Assembly (NCBI GenBank): GCA_964016885.1
Contig: OZ024743.1
Span: 94,860,001 to 94,924,000, forward strand
Direction: 5' to 3'
Source: Eledone cirrhosa
Taxonomy: Eukaryota
Length of the DNA stretch: 64,000 nucleotides
Part shown: positions 24,770 through 38,688 of the stretch, piece after piece
How positions within the stretch are numbered: position 1 is the stretch's first letter
Layout of the letters: each line of letters starts with the position of its first letter
Notes under the pieces: generated by a model
What the model was told of the DNA's origin: nothing
The model's input: the letters and a program-made list of their open reading frames with translations, nothing else
The model's database searches: none
Translations under genes and position numbers: made by a program

Positions 24770-27700
24770 TTTTCAGACACATACTTAGAGTAGGCCCATT
24801 CACTCGGGCCATTCTTGCTTCTCTCACCCATCTTTCAACAAAATGCTGGGAAGGGAGCACTTCCCTCTCTATCCTGATTTTCCTTTTCAAATGAAATTTG
24901 TAAAAGTTAATCAGGGCATCACCGAAGAGGTAAGGGCTCGTATTCAGCCATTTCAAACGTGTCCACCATACTATCTCTTTCGCCATGGCCACCAGACAGA
25001 TAAAAACTGCTTGCCCTTCCCGGCTAAAGGAAGAGGGCGGGGCAATCCTCACGATGGACTCAGCTGATAGCTGGATCCGTCCTTCACGTGACAGCAAGTG
25101 TTCGACATAAACCCACAAGTCAGCAATGCTCGGACACTGGACGAGTGCGGTTTCGTCGGCCTGCGCGCATCTCGGACATGCCCGGCTGACGGCACCTCCA
25201 TACCTGTAGAGTTTATCCCGAACTGGCAAAGCTCCTCGGTAGCACTGCCAGGCCGGGGATTTCTGGAAGTTGTCCATAGACCCTGGCCCGAAAGTCCTTC
25301 CGAAGAGATTGGCTAGTTGATTTTCGTCGACGCCTAGAGTTTCTCCAAGTACGTCGTCGCTCTTCCCCTCCACTAATCTTCTATAGAACGCCAAGGTGGA
25401 GTTTCCACCGATCACATTGCCCGATTGGTCGAGGGCTGTGAGCGCCTGAAGACATTCCAGTCTCCAAGCGCTCCCTCTCAGTCTTCGCTTGACCCAGGAC
25501 TGCAGCTCCGTCAAGGAGACGAGCTGGGGAAAGACGTGTCTAGCAAACGGCGACCCCACCTGATCACCGTCGAGGAAGAGGTGGAGATGTCGTAGCCCGA
25601 GCGCGTGTCTGCGCATCATCAGCCACGGCATGCCCAGCCCTCCACGTAGCGGGTGTTGACAGCAGATGGACCGCCTTACCATCGGAGCGCGTCCCTTCCA
25701 CAAAAAGCGAAAGAGCAAACGCTCCAGCGCAGTCAGGCGAGGCTTAGGACAAGGTACGACGGTCAGGCGGTAGTAGATGACGGACGCGATGTACACGTTA
25801 GCCACCTTCGCTCGACCTTTCAGGGATAGCTTCCTCTCCGCCCATTTCTGGGTGAGAGAAGCCACCCTGCTCGTCACCTCGTCCCAGTTTTTGTCCGTCT
25901 GGAGGTCCGGATCGAACCAGACCCCTAGCAATTTAACCGATCCGTCTGTCCAGCGCCCGACGATGCTGTTGGACGGCATGGACCTGCCTCTCCAGGTGCC
26001 GAGCTGCAGGCCCACTGACTTTTCCTGGTTGATCATTGCTCCTGTCACCGCTTCGTATTCTCTTAGTGTAGTGCCGTTCGCCTCGATGTGTTTTGCCTTC
26101 GACACCACTACGGTGACATCGTCCGCATATGCTGACACGGATCTTCCGCATCCTAGTTCGCGCGGGACCCCCCCTCAACGTCTCCAGTTTGTGCAGTAAT
26201 CGCTCGAGAGTCAATACGTACAAGAGGGACGAGAGGGGACAACCTTGGCGGACCGAGCGCATGATGTTGAATGGTTCCGAAAGGTGACCGTTCACTCTCA
26301 CCACAGAGCAGATGTCGCTGTGCATGGCATCGATCCAGCCTCTGAAGACGAGCCCAAAGCCAGCCGCCCTCAGGACTGCCGCTAGGTAACGATGGTCGAC
26401 CCTATCGAAAGCTTTCGACTGATCTAAATTGATCAAGGACTCACCCGTGCCAGGTTCCCTAGCTACCCTTTCTACGATGTATCGCATGAGGTGGAGGTTG
26501 TCGTGGATGGATCTGTCGGGAATGGCGCATGTCTGCCACCAACGACAAGCGCCAACCTCTTTGCTAGCACCTTGGCCAAAATCTTGACCGCTGTGTTTAG
26601 CAGAAAATATCTATGTTATCCCCCTTGTTCGGATCCTTTCTCAGCAGTGCCACACCTCCTCGGCTCACAGAGCTGGGAATTCTCCCGTTCTGTTGCCAGT
26701 TGCAGTAGACGTCCGCCAAGAGGCCTCCGAACAAGTCTGGCATCTGTACGTAAAGTTCATAGGGCAGACCATCCAAACCAGGCGATTTACCCCTTGTGCA
26801 GCCAGTCATTGCCTTCCGTACTTCAGCGGCTGTTATCAGCGTTTCGCAACACTCCGGCTCAGTGGCCTAGAGCCGCGGCAGTCCGTCGAGGTCGACACTA
26901 AAGTCCATCCCTCGATCCGGCCCGCCGCTGCCCCCAAACAGCTGTGCGAAGTGTCGCTAAAAAGCTTGACACATTTGCTTGGGATCGAGTAGCATGCGCC
27001 CGTCGTGGTCCACCAAAGACCGGATCGTGGCTTTGTTGCCACGACGCGCCTCCGCCACTCGGGCCCATTGAACGGCTTTCGTCCCTTCGTGTCTGAGAGC
27101 ACGCACCCTAGCTCTGACAACGCAGCCTTCGTGTTTTACATTGAAGAATTGGTCAAGGGCCGATTTTGCCGCAAGTACATCGGTCGCGATGCCTTTGCTA
27201 AGCGCCTCGTCTAATTTCCTAACTAGTTCTCCCTCTGCTCTATTTTTCTTCATAGCTAAAGCCTTACTAAACCTAATGGACTCTATTCTAATCGCTCTTT
27301 TCAGAGCAAACCACCACTTGTTGTTGACGATGGACCCCGTCAACGCTCGCTTAACTAGTTCGCTAATCCGGTCTCTGTAGGCCTTGCTCGCTTGTAAGGA
27401 CGCGTTTAGCTTCCAGTAGCAGGGTCCTCATCTATAAAGCCTATCTAAGTCAAGCACACAGATCACGAATTTGTGGTCCGTGTAGCTGACTATCTTGAAT
27501 TGTGGACAGCCTATGCTAGACCTATCTATTTCCCTACAAAATACTCTATCTAGATATGATCTGGATGACCCTATGCGATTTGTCCAAGTCTACATTGGCA
27601 CATTCTGGAAATCCAATCGGTACCTGTCAGACAGTTCAAAACGCGTGAGCAGGTTGGTGAGGCTCTTGTACCCTCCTCCCCTATCCGCTAATCCCACACA

Positions 27701-28098
27701 GTCCTAGCGTGCATCTAAGATCCCGTTCCAGTCGCCCACTAACACTAAAAAGCGGAACCGGGCATAGACGGCTACTAGCCTGAAAGCTATCCCTTCTCCG
27801 CTGGTCACGTCCAGCACCAATAACTTACCTTCTGGGTCCAGGAAGATGGTCCGTATGGCGAGATCCAAACCTCTCCGAAAAAGCACAGCAACTCCTCCCC
27901 CGATCCCGGACGGCTGGGAGATGCGTACACATCGTAGTCGCCGAAGATCGGTGCGAAGGCCCGTGCTTCGGAGATTCTAGTCTCGCTGATGACCACTACA
28001 TCTTTGTTTAGTGACCTGAGGGCGTTGAGCAGGTGGCCCTGCTTCCCTGACGACCCCAAGCCACGCGCATTTATGCTGCCTATTCTTAGTGAGACCAT
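24770..28098 (-). pseudogene. Tx1 ORF2, disrupted
   Basis: APE, RT (SAYADD) and C-terminal motifs across several frames. Confidence 0.92.
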
Positions 28099-28132
28099 GT
28101 TGAAATGGAGTGGAAAAGATGGGAAAGACCAC

Positions 28133-30287
28133 TTACCTTACTTCTCGTAGAGGAAGGATGGTTTCTCCATCCCTCTTCACTTGATCGTCTGGTGAAGGGA
28201 CCGTTGAATCGTCCCTTCGGCTGGTCGTCGGCTCTTCTGTGAGTATTTCCGAATTTACTCTCCGGTTGAGTGTCCCTCCTAGGTCTCTGAAATCACCAAC
28301 TGCGTTAGGGATTTTCGTGTTAATGTTTGTGTATTGTTTCTGTGCTATTCTTACCAGTCTTATGTTCGTTGGTGTTTTGATTGGTGCTGGTATTATGTCG
28401 TCGTGCTTTGAAATGTCTGCGTGTTCAATTATGTAAATCATTAGTTTCTTGTTGTGTGTATTTATTGCCGTGCATTTGTTTTTCTGGGTGTGGGGTGTGG
28501 TTCTGCTATTTTCTTGTCGTTGTTGCTGGGTGTGTGTGTTTTGTTGTTGTGTTTGCGATGTTGGTGCTTGCGGTGGTGGTGTTGAAGGTGTTGTTGTTGT
28601 TGGCGGTGGGGTTGCCGCCGGTGGTGATGGTGGTGCTAGTGTGGGTGGTGATGGTTTTTGGTGGTGTTGCTGCTGTAAGTCTCTTTGCAGTAGCCTTTAC
28701 CCTTTTTTCATTTCTTTCCTCCCTTTTCGAAGGCGGCGATGCGCTGCTTCTGCGTTTGTGCCTTCTTGCGACCTTTTGCCATCCCTCTCCCACCTCACAC
28801 TCCATGTCCGATTCTGTGAGGTCGGGGAGGGGTACCAGCTCCACTCTTTCACTTGTTCTTGTTGGTGATGGCTGCAGTGGAGTCTCTGTTGTAGCTGCAG
28901 TTGGTATTACTGTTGTTGTTGTTAATGCCTCCACTACTGCTGCTGTTCTTGATTTCCGTGGCGTGGGCATGGGTGCCACGGACCTATCCTTCGTGCTTGC
29001 CGCCTGTCCTATTGCTGGTAGCAGTGGAGCCGGTTTCGGAAGGAGGGGTTTTCTCCTTTCTCAGGGTCTTCTCATTGCAGAAGACCTTGAGGTGAGTCTT
29101 CGACCCACAGCGAAAGCATTTCGGGCGTTTGCCCTCAACACTTATGGGCAGTTGAGTGCCGTTATCGAAGTCTATCACATCCGGGATAGCTTCGATGCAC
29201 TCCTGGTTGGTTTGGATTAAGATCTCAATGGAGGTGCCGACCCAATCTTCTCGTACTTTTTTCTGTACTTGCAGTACATTTGTTTTGTCCTCGATTCCGA
29301 CGAGGACAGACGCGGCCAGCCAAGAAGGGGCCATCCCGGGAGGGGGGGGGACGACGACGACGGACGTGGGTCAGTTTGACTCTCACAATTTTTTGCCCGC
29401 AGTAGGAGGGCACCAACACCATTTCCTCGCTCCTTAGGTCACTAAGGATTGAGCCTTTACTTCCTGGGGTGTGGCAAAAAGCACGTCCACGGTGGCATAT
29501 TTCTTGCCTCGGGTGATATGCGTTTTCCACTGCCACACAGACCCTAAGGCTTTTTGTATTTGAGCCTCTGTGGCTCTTTCAACCCTACGGGATTTTGTGC
29601 TTATTGTACGGTACGTGACTGTACAGTGCTGTTGGGTTTCGAAACATTTTTCGGCTGCTTGCAGATTGCTCGGTGTCCGGTTTTCGTCACCTTCTTCTTT
29701 GCTTCCTGTAATTCCCCATTTGTTATAAGGATGGTTTCCAGGTTCTTTGCGATACTTACAAACGAGATTGGTTTTTCTTTCTTGTTGTTGTTGTCGTCAG
29801 AGCTGCTGTTACTTTTGTTGTTGCTGCTGGTATTACGACCGCCACCGCCGCTGTTGCTGTGGTTGTTGTTGTTGTTGCTGCTGCTGCTGTTGCTGTGGTT
29901 GTTGTTGTTGTTGCTGCTGCTGTTGTTGTTTATGCTGCTCTGATGTTGTTGCGGCTGCTACTAGTCTTTTCCTTTTCACTGTTGCTGCTGTTATTACTGC
30001 TGCTGCTGCTATTCTTCATGACGTCAGACGAATGAATGGCTTTCCGTGTTTACCGCACACATCGTCGTCGTCGTGGAGAAATGTTCCACGTTATGCACGT
30101 GCTCTTGGTGAAAGCTATCAGAAACTATATTTTTCTTTTTCTTTAATGGCGTCACTTGCGAAAGAGGCGACACCGCATTTAGAGAAGGGAGGGAGAGAGA
30201 CAATCTTCTCTCTGATGTAGTGACGATTGAGGAAGAAGAAGACGGAATGAGTGGGAGTAACTTGTGAAAATTCTTTTTTGTAGCCAT
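28133..30287 (-). pseudogene. Tx1 ORF1, disrupted
   Basis: KRPKCFRCGSKTHLKVFC; AAG|GTAAGT at 28131-28136 overlaps the stop. Confidence 0.85.
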
Positions 30288-30503
30288 GTTTTTTTTTGGT
30301 TTAAAATGAATATTGGGCACAAAACCCCAATAAGCGATTATTTAACCCCGAAGGGCCAAATAACGGGCAGAAAGACCCCTCTCACGAGGAGGAGGGTGTT
30401 TTTATCTACAGTTTGGTTCAAGTTTTAAACAATTTACAATTGTTATAGCGGTTAAAAATTACTATACCTTACAGAGCCGAGCCTCCGTCAACCATGGCAT
30501 TCG

Positions 30504-30570
<67 letters not shown>

Positions 30571-30571
<1 letters not shown>

Positions 30572-32545
30572 TTCTTTATTGGCCACAAGGGCTGACATCA
30601 AAAAAGCATTACAGACGGCACAGGGCGGTACAGGACGGTACGATGTGGGTTTTGTGCGTGTAAATATTTTTATTATTTATATAAGAAAAGAAAAAAAAAG
30701 GACAGAAACATATATATATATAAACAATAAAAATGAAAATTGAAACAATGAAAAATTCCCCAATAGGGTGGAAACCTCCGAGGGTTATTCGTGGCGAAAA
30801 CCACACAAAAGACCACGGCCACCCTGACCACCAGGGCAAGCGCCCTCTCTCAATTTTTCCATTTCTCAAACTACAGACGTATATTAAGAGCTGTCCCGTT
30901 CACTCGGACCATTCTCGCTACATTCACCCACCTTTCAACAAACTTGCTAGAAGGCAGCACTTGCCTCTCCACCCTGATTTTCCTCTTCAAGTGAAACTTG
31001 AAAAAGTTAATTAGAGATTCGCTGAAGAGGAAAGTGTCTGTCTTTAACCTTTTCAACCTTGTCTACCACACAATCTCTTTCGCCATGGCGACCAGGCAGA
31101 TGAAAACCGCCCGCCCTTCCTCCTCGAAGAAAGACGGCGAGACCATCTGCACAATGGACTCAGTCGATAACCGGATCAGTCCTACACGCGACAGCAACTG
31201 TTCGACATAGCTCCACAAGTCAGCAATGCTCGGGCACTGAACGAGTGCGTGCACGACGGTTTCGTCGATCTGCGCGCATCTCGAACAGGCTCGGCTGACG
31301 GCACTTCCGTGCCTGTAGAGCTTATCTCGAACCGGCAGCGCTCCCCGGTAGCACTGCCAGGCCAGGGATTTTTTTGAAGTTATCCATAGGCCCTGGGTTG
31401 AAAGTTCTCCGGAAGAGAGCAAACAGCTGATCTTCTTCGACGCCCAGGATCTCTCTGAGAACGTCGTCGCTCTTCCCCTCCACTAGTCCTCTATAGAACG
31501 CCGAGGTGGATGTTCTACCGATACTGGTTCCCAGCTGGCAGAGGGCAGTGAGCGCCTGGAGACATTCCAGTTTCCAAGCGCTAGCCCTCGGTCTTTTTCT
31601 GACCCAGGACTGCAGCTCCGTCAAGGAGACGAGCTGTGGGAAAACGTGCCTGGCGAACGGCAACCACACCTGTTCACTGTCAAGGAAGCACCAGAGATGT
31701 CGCAGCCTCAGCGCATGTTTGCAATCATCAACCATGACATGCCCAGTCCTCCACGCAACGGGTATTGACAGCAGATGGATCGTCTGACCATGGGAGCGCG
31801 TCCCTTCCATAAAAAGCGGAAGAGGAGGCGCTCCATTTTGGTTAGAGTTGGGCCGGAGCAAGGGACGACGGTGAGGCGGTAGCAGATGACGGATGCGATG
31901 TACGCTTTCGCCACCTCCGCCCGGCCTTTCAGGGACAGCTTCCTCTCGGCCCATTTCTGGGTGAGGGAAGCCACCTTGCTCGTCACCTCGTTCCAGTTTT
32001 TCTCCATCTGGAGGTCCGGTCCGAACCAGACCTCGAGCAATTTAACCGGTCCGTCCGTCCCACGCCCCACGACGCTGTCGGACGGCATGGACTTTCCTCT
32101 CCAGGTGCCGAGCTACAAGCCCACCGGCTTTTCCTGGTTTATCGTTGCTCCTGTCACCGCTTCGTATTCCTTGAGAGCGGTGCCGAGCATCTGGACGTGT
32201 CTGGTGCTCGACACCACCACGGTGACCTCGTCGGCGTAAGCCGACTCGGATTTCCCGCATCCTAGTTCGCGTGGGACGCCCCTCATCGCGCCCAGTTTGC
32301 GAGAGGGGACAACGCTGGCGTCCTGAGCGCATAATGCTGAACGGCTGCGACAGGTGACCTTTCACCCTCACAACTGAGCAGATGTCGGTGTACATCGCTG
32401 CGATCCAACCCCTGAAAACGGGCCCGAAACCGGCTGCCTCGAGGCAGGTACCGATGGTCGACCCTATCGAATGCTTTGGATTGATCCAAGTTGATCAGGA
32501 CCCCATCCGTGCCAGTTTCCTTAACCACCCTCTCTATGATGTATC
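30571..32545 (-). mobile_element. 5'-truncated Tx1-clade LINE (family related to family 1)
   Basis: LDQSKAFDRVDH, YADE, ORF2 C-terminus, 3' end CCTTGTGGCCAATAAAGAAA in (AAT)n. Confidence 0.9.
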
Positions 32546-33510
32546 TACTTGCAATGATAGTCGATGTGGCACATGTCAGTTCATACATACTGATCAATAT
32601 ATGAATACAAAAACTGCAAAAATATTCCAAAAAATGAAAATATGAACTGCAAAAGCAGAAATCTAATTTACTGCATTAAATACCCGAATTGTGAAGAACT
32701 ATGTCGGTCAAACTGGAAATGCACTATTGGAACGTGCACGGGTGTACGGACAGCAAATCAGAGACCCAAATGTCCGTCAGATATCCCTGAGTAACCATCT
32801 AGCAACATGTGGTCAGAAAATATTTATAATATTTCCATCTACAAACTACACAGCCCAAGTGAAATCAAGAGAAAAATTAAAGAAAAGAATTTTATTGATA
32901 AATTCCAACCCAAGCTAAATGAACAATAATAATGCATAGGGGTATTACTTCTACTATGACTACGCCTACGACCATGTCGATTACCACCACTAACAAAAAC
33001 AACAACAATAATAATAATAAAAGTGATGTTGATGTTGATGATTACTGAAGGTTTTTTTATAAAAACCCTAGAAAATGCTATTTCATCATTTCTAAAAATA
33101 GCAAAACAATTGATACTTTGGATAGGGTCAAATAGAAGTCGTCAGACATACTTAACCAACCGTGACGCCTAAACCAATCAGCTTTAGTAATCTAGTGAAA
33201 CCACACACCTATTGGTCGAAATAAAGTTTGCAAAATTTAGCATTCTGTAGCCCCTTTTTACTGTATATAAGGCACAGATTTTAGCCATCTTATTACAGTT
33301 GAAAATTGCAAACTTGACTGTCACCACTGAATATGAACCTGAAGATTGCGAAAGCATGAAAGTACTTGTTCAATTAACACTTAACATTTAATATTCTACC
33401 ATACTATTTCATTATAATATTATAATTTTAAAGAATTGTAAATAAAGCGAGTAAATCAGACAAAGTTGGAATTCCTTTTATTAATATAATCATACACAAT
33501 CATACACACC
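32546..33510 (+). mobile_element. PLE 3' fragment (Neptune-like GIY-YIG remnant + 3' region)
   Basis: CNDSRCGTC linker, NCKSRNLIYCI, YVGQTGNALLERARVY..QIRDP..LSNHLATC; hammerhead downstream. Confidence 0.8.
33334..33372 (+). ncRNA. Minimal hammerhead motif
   Basis: TGAAC-CTGAAGA-TTGC GAAA GCAT-GAAA-GTAC-TT-GTTCA. Confidence 0.75.
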
Positions 33511-33516
33511 AATGTA

Positions 33517-33562
<46 letters not shown>

Positions 33563-33563
33563 A

Positions 33564-33613
<50 letters not shown>

Positions 33614-33755
33614 GAGTTAAAAAAGATTCAATGAGTACATCAAAGAATGAGTTTTACAGTAGATTGGAAGCACTTTACAGAATAAAATAATTTTCCAGAG
33701 TTATTAATATTAAAATACAAATATTAATAAAATAGATGTTCTTTTGATCAATTAA

Positions 33756-33808
33756 ATTTTATTATACATATTTCAGAGGTACAACAGTACGTCCTCATCA
33801 GACAAAAT
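33756..33808 (-). ncRNA. Hammerhead motif (left arm of inverted repeat)
   Basis: minus strand ATTTTGT-CTGATGA-..GTAC/GTAC..-GAAA-TATGTA-TA-ATAAAAT. Confidence 0.8.
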
Positions 33809-35543
33809 ATAATGATACATGACATACCCTGAGATGTTAAATGGTTAAGATTTAATCAAGGTAGTGATTAACCTAAGAGAAAACTCCACATTTATACCCT
33901 AATAATGAGAAAATGCGAAAACGTAATAAATTCAATAGAGGATGTATGAGTAAGAAAAACGTTGCTTAATGTGACAGCTATAGAGATTTTAAAATGTGGG
34001 ATACTACAAATTAGATTATCTAGGAAAACGTCTCTTGAATTATAACAGTTTATGAAGGCAACTGATAGAAGATTTAAAGAGAGAGAGAGATAAAGGGGAG
34101 TAATATATGCAAAAAAATTATCTTTTTTCCTTAAAGGCTAAACGGTTAAGTCTCAAAATATTTAATTTATGTTATTTTAAGGGTGAAGAACCAACATTTT
34201 AAGTTTTTTAAAAGTTGATGGTTATTTATATTTATTAATTTTATAAATTCTATAAATATGTTAACATTTCTAAAATTCTGAATTTTATGAAGACAAAGTT
34301 TAAAGGATTTACTTGGCCAGCGAAAGGAAAATTTACACTGTTGAATATTTTCTTAAATGTAATCTTTAACGAAAATTACCTATAAGAATGTCAACATTTT
34401 CGGTATGTAAGTACTTATTGTTAGAAATATCTAAACATTTATTGTCAAGTAGTTAGTGTAATGATTAACGCAGAGTTTTCAGCCACGTATATACATATAT
34501 ATATATGTGGAATTATGGTAATAAATTAATATTTGTTATATTATATTAAATCTCCATATAAGTTCTACCTTCATGAGAGGAATAAACTCTAAATAATAAA
34601 TATGCTATTGTACAATATATCTATATTTGCACAAACTATATATTTGCACAAACTATATATAGCGTTAACCAACACGGTAATTATGTTATTATACACTACA
34701 GATATATATGCAAAAAAAACCAAAAGCTGAGATATACGTAACTAATAATATGATTATGTTATTATACAGATACACATATTTGGAAAAATAAAAATTAGGT
34801 ATAGAGAGATATACTAAGTATTAATGAGCCAGTATACTTTTGGTAAATGATAACGAATATAAAATAATAGATTCAAACATGCTAAAGTTAAATACATACA
34901 TATATATAAAAGAGTGTAAAGGCATGAATTATTCACAGTTCAAAATAAGTAATCTAAAAATTTAAAAATTATCTAAAAATTAGGTATAGCGAGATATACT
35001 AAGTATTAGTGAGACAGTATACTTTTGGTAAATGATAACGATTATAATCTTATATAATAGATTCCAACATGCTAAAGTTAAATACATACATATATATAAA
35101 AAGAGTGTAAACGCATGGATGATTCACAGTTCAAAATAAGGTCCGTAAAAATTTACAGGTTGGATATTTGAACTATATTTAAATCATGGATAGAAAAATA
35201 TAAAGGTAGGTATATTTAAAAACTTACAAAAGACATACATATTATAAATAAATAAAAGAGTGTAAACACATGAATGATTCACAGTTAAAAATAAGTTCCG
35301 TAAAAATTTACAGGTTGGATATTTAAACTAAAATTGAAACTTAGATAGGAAAATAAAGATAGAGAAATAATGGTATGGATCAAAGTTAATAATATTATGT
35401 TATGTATATCAACGTGTCAGCGTGTTATTGAACAAGTGTCATTCATTCGAGCGTTATTCCTTCTATAGATAGTTATAAGATAAAACAATATTAAAGGCCA
35501 TTAAGGTTTTCAACTGTTGATTATTTACGTCTAAAAACCGAGT

Positions 35544-36840
35544 TTAATGGTTTAGTGTTTTTTTTCTGGTCTTATGGGAGGCTTGGAATGTAGACGCAGC
35601 TTTATGAAGGCATTTAGAGAATAATTCACTTTTTTTGTTAATTAGGGTATCATAGTTATTAATAATCAACAGGGTATCCATTGTACAGAGCGCGCAGTTA
35701 CTTGATATACTTGAGTTGCGGTAAACTCCACAATTCCGAAGTTTAGTCCAAAGAATAGAGTATTTTAAATTCCTCTCTTTTAATGACCATATGAGCTGTG
35801 ATAAAGAAGTGGATGATTTCCTCTTGGAGTTCGAAAATGAGCATTTATGGTTCGCAAATCTGGCTTTAAATGTAGAAGTCGATCCTATGTAGTTGTATGT
35901 GTTGTGATCAGTTTTTAGGGTGCATTTATAAACCAAGTTACTATCTAGACAATTATTTTGCAGAAGGCAATCAGTTTTATTTCTACAATTACATTTTGGT
36001 TTAGTATCATTTATGTTAACGCTATTATTTAGATCATTATGCTGATTCTGTTTTAGAATGTTAGTGTTTAATTTAGCAATGTTTTGGGCCATATTCATAG
36101 TTGTAGAATACGACAATTTAATGGTGTGTCTATTAAAAATGGAATGGTATTTATGTTGAGTAGGGAAAGAGGTGTCCAAAGCATTAACGAATAATTTTGC
36201 AATTGGTGTTCTAAGCAACCGAAGCAGAGGGCGAACCATATGACTGATTTAGTTCTAGTTCTTTTCCTCAATTTGTTTGGCGTATGGGTATTTGAATTAT
36301 AATTATTAGAGTTTCGTTTATATATGTCATTATTTTTATCGGGATTAAGACTTGGATTATTATTATCTACATATTCTATATTATTCTCATATCCTGCTCT
36401 TTTTAACGCGTTGTTGTAGTATTCAGCATTTTCGTCAAATATAGCTTTATTGGCTGATATTTTATTAATACATTTTTGCACACTATTTACTATAGCTTTT
36501 TTTTTTACAGATTTAGGGTGATTGGAATGGTTAATAACATAGTTTAAGTTTTCATTGGGCTTATGAAAAGGGTAATAAAAGCCAGTGTTTAAGTTAAACG
36601 TAACGTCTAGGAAATTAACTATTTTGGTACCGTTTTCTACTTCTAACTTAAGGTCATACATTTTAAAGAATTCAATTATATTTTTGTTTCCTCTATTTAG
36701 TTCTATATTGTTGTGTTTGACCACCGTAAATAAAATGTTGTCCCTATATAAACCACCGGTAATCTCCGGCAGTTTTCTATTTATCATATTTAACATGAAA
36801 ATTCCCAGAAGATCTGTTATTTGCGCAGAATCGTTTTGGT
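35544..36840 (-). pseudogene. PLE RT C-terminus + GIY-YIG, frameshifted; homolog of 7-1386
   Basis: GGLYRDN, NFLDVTFNLNTG, SNHP, CNCRNKTDC, LVYKC..YIGST. Confidence 0.9.
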
Positions 36841-37667
36841 TTAACGCTATATATATAGTTTGTGCAAATATAGATATATTGTACAATAGCATATTTATTA
36901 TTTAGAGTTTATTCCTCTCATGAAGGTAGAACTTATATGGAGATTTAATATAATATAACAAATATTAATTTATTACCATAATTCCACATATATATATATG
37001 TATATACGTGGCTGAAAACTCTGCGTTAATCATTACACTAACTACTTGACAATAAATGTTTAGATATTTCTAACAATAAGTACTTACATACCGAAAATGT
37101 TGACATTCTTATAGGTAATTTTCGTTAAAGATTACATTTAAGAAAATATTCAACAGTGTAAATTTTCCTTTCGCTGGCCAAGTAAATCCTTTAAATTTTG
37201 TCTTCATAAAATTCAGAATTTTAGAAATGTTAACACATTTATAGAATTTATAAAATTAATAAATATAAATAACCATCAACTTTTGATTCTTCACCCTTAA
37301 AATAACATAAATTAAATGTTTTGAAACTTAACCGTTTAGCCTTTAAGGAAAAAAATTTTTTTCTCCATATATTACTCCCCTTTATCTCTCCCTCTCTTTA
37401 AATCTTCTATCAGTTGCCTTCATAAACTGCTATAGTTCAAGAGACGTTTTCTTAGATAATCTCAATTTGTAGTATCCCACATTTTAAAATCTCTATAGCT
37501 GTCACATTAAGCAACGTTTTTCTTACTCATACATCCTCTATTGAATTTATTACGTTTTCGCATTTTCTCATTATTAGGGTATACATGTTGAGTTTTATCT
37601 TAGGTTAATCACTACCTTGATTAAATCTTAACCATTTAACATCTCAGGGTATGTCATGTATCATTAT

Positions 37668-37720
37668 ATTTTGTCTGATGAGGACGTACTGTTGTACCTC
37701 TGAAATATGTATAATAAAAT
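37668..37720 (+). ncRNA. Hammerhead motif (right arm of inverted repeat)
   Basis: same motif as 33756 on the plus strand. Confidence 0.8.
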
Positions 37721-37765
37721 TTAATTGATCAAAAGAACATCTATTTTATTAATATTTGTATTTTA

Positions 37766-37863
<98 letters not shown>

Positions 37864-38025
37864 TAGAAATGGTGCTCTGAAATAGCGATATATATATGAA
37901 TGTATATATAGTTTATTTTGCAATACACTATATGCTTAATTAAAAGCATTTCGAAGACCTTACGCTATTGTTTTAGAGTAGTGACAGTCTCACTTACTTT
38001 AATTTTCAGCAAACAAGGGAGATAA

Positions 38026-38070
38026 AGCTGACAGAGCTCTGTTTCGCACTTTTTGGTGCTTATCAAAGCT
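38026..38070 (-). ncRNA. Hammerhead motif, U3-A8 variant
   Basis: minus strand AGCT-TTGATAA-GCAC/GTGC-GAAA-CAGAGCTCTG-TC-AGCT. Confidence 0.75.
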
Positions 38071-38103
38071 AATGATGATTTTCAGCAAACAGGCGGAGTA
38101 CTT

Positions 38104-38148
38104 AGCTTTGATAAGCACTAAAAAGTGCGAAACAGGACTCTGTCAGCT
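38104..38148 (+). ncRNA. Hammerhead motif, U3-A8 variant
   Basis: AGCT-TTGATAA-GCAC/GTGC-GAAA-CAGGACTCTG-TC-AGCT. Confidence 0.72.
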
Positions 38149-38273
38149 TTATCTCCCCTGTTTGCTGAAAATTAAAGTAAGTGAGACTGTCACTACTCTA
38201 AAACAATAGCGTAAGGTCTTCGAAATGCTTTTAATTAAGCATACAGGGTATTGCAAAATACACTATATATACA

Positions 38274-38350
<77 letters not shown>

Positions 38351-38645
38351 TTTATATACATATATATATATATATATAAATGGAAAAAATGAAACGAAAT
38401 TTCATTTCCCACTCTTAGTACGGCTGTTACTTAAATATAAGTATGTACATGTACATACATATATGTATACAGACGTACAGTAGTATGTAATATATATATA
38501 TACATACATGCACACATATATATATGTACGTATGGATTCACCGAACATTTATTATAATGCTCGGTGTGTTTGTAAACAAACATCCCGTATTAAGCCGTAG
38601 TGTCTAGCAACCATCGTTGCTCGTTTGTTCAACACTGACAAAGGA

Positions 38646-38688
38646 ACGCTGTACTAGTTTCAAGCTTATTAGCTATCGTTAGCAACGT
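38646..38688 (-). ncRNA. Hammerhead motif with G5A core mutation (probably inactive)
   Basis: minus strand ACGTTG-CTAACGA-TAGCT/AGCTT-GAAA-CTAG-TA-CAGCGT; lies between ~100-bp direct repeats at ~38378 and ~38801. Confidence 0.55.

Larger units (their letters stand above)
24539..30502 (-). mobile_element. Full-length Tx1-clade LINE, family 1 copy 2
   Basis: colinear with 7936-13954 including the same 5' terminus; (AAT)n flanks. Confidence 0.95.
33610..37768 (-). mobile_element. 5'-truncated PLE with inverted pseudo-LTR
   Basis: RT/GIY-YIG remnant 35544-36840; arms 33708-34668 and 36841-37768 are reverse complements; flanked by (TA)n and (CA)n. Confidence 0.9.
37889..38280. repeat. ~185-bp inverted repeat with 29-bp spacer (fold-back mini-element)
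   Basis: 37889-38072 is the reverse complement of 38102-38280. Confidence 0.9.

Noticed and set aside
30609-30869. Possible hydrophobic ORF3 in Tx1 3' UTRs
   Set aside because: Frames and starts are not conserved among copies; hydrophobicity comes from U-rich sequence
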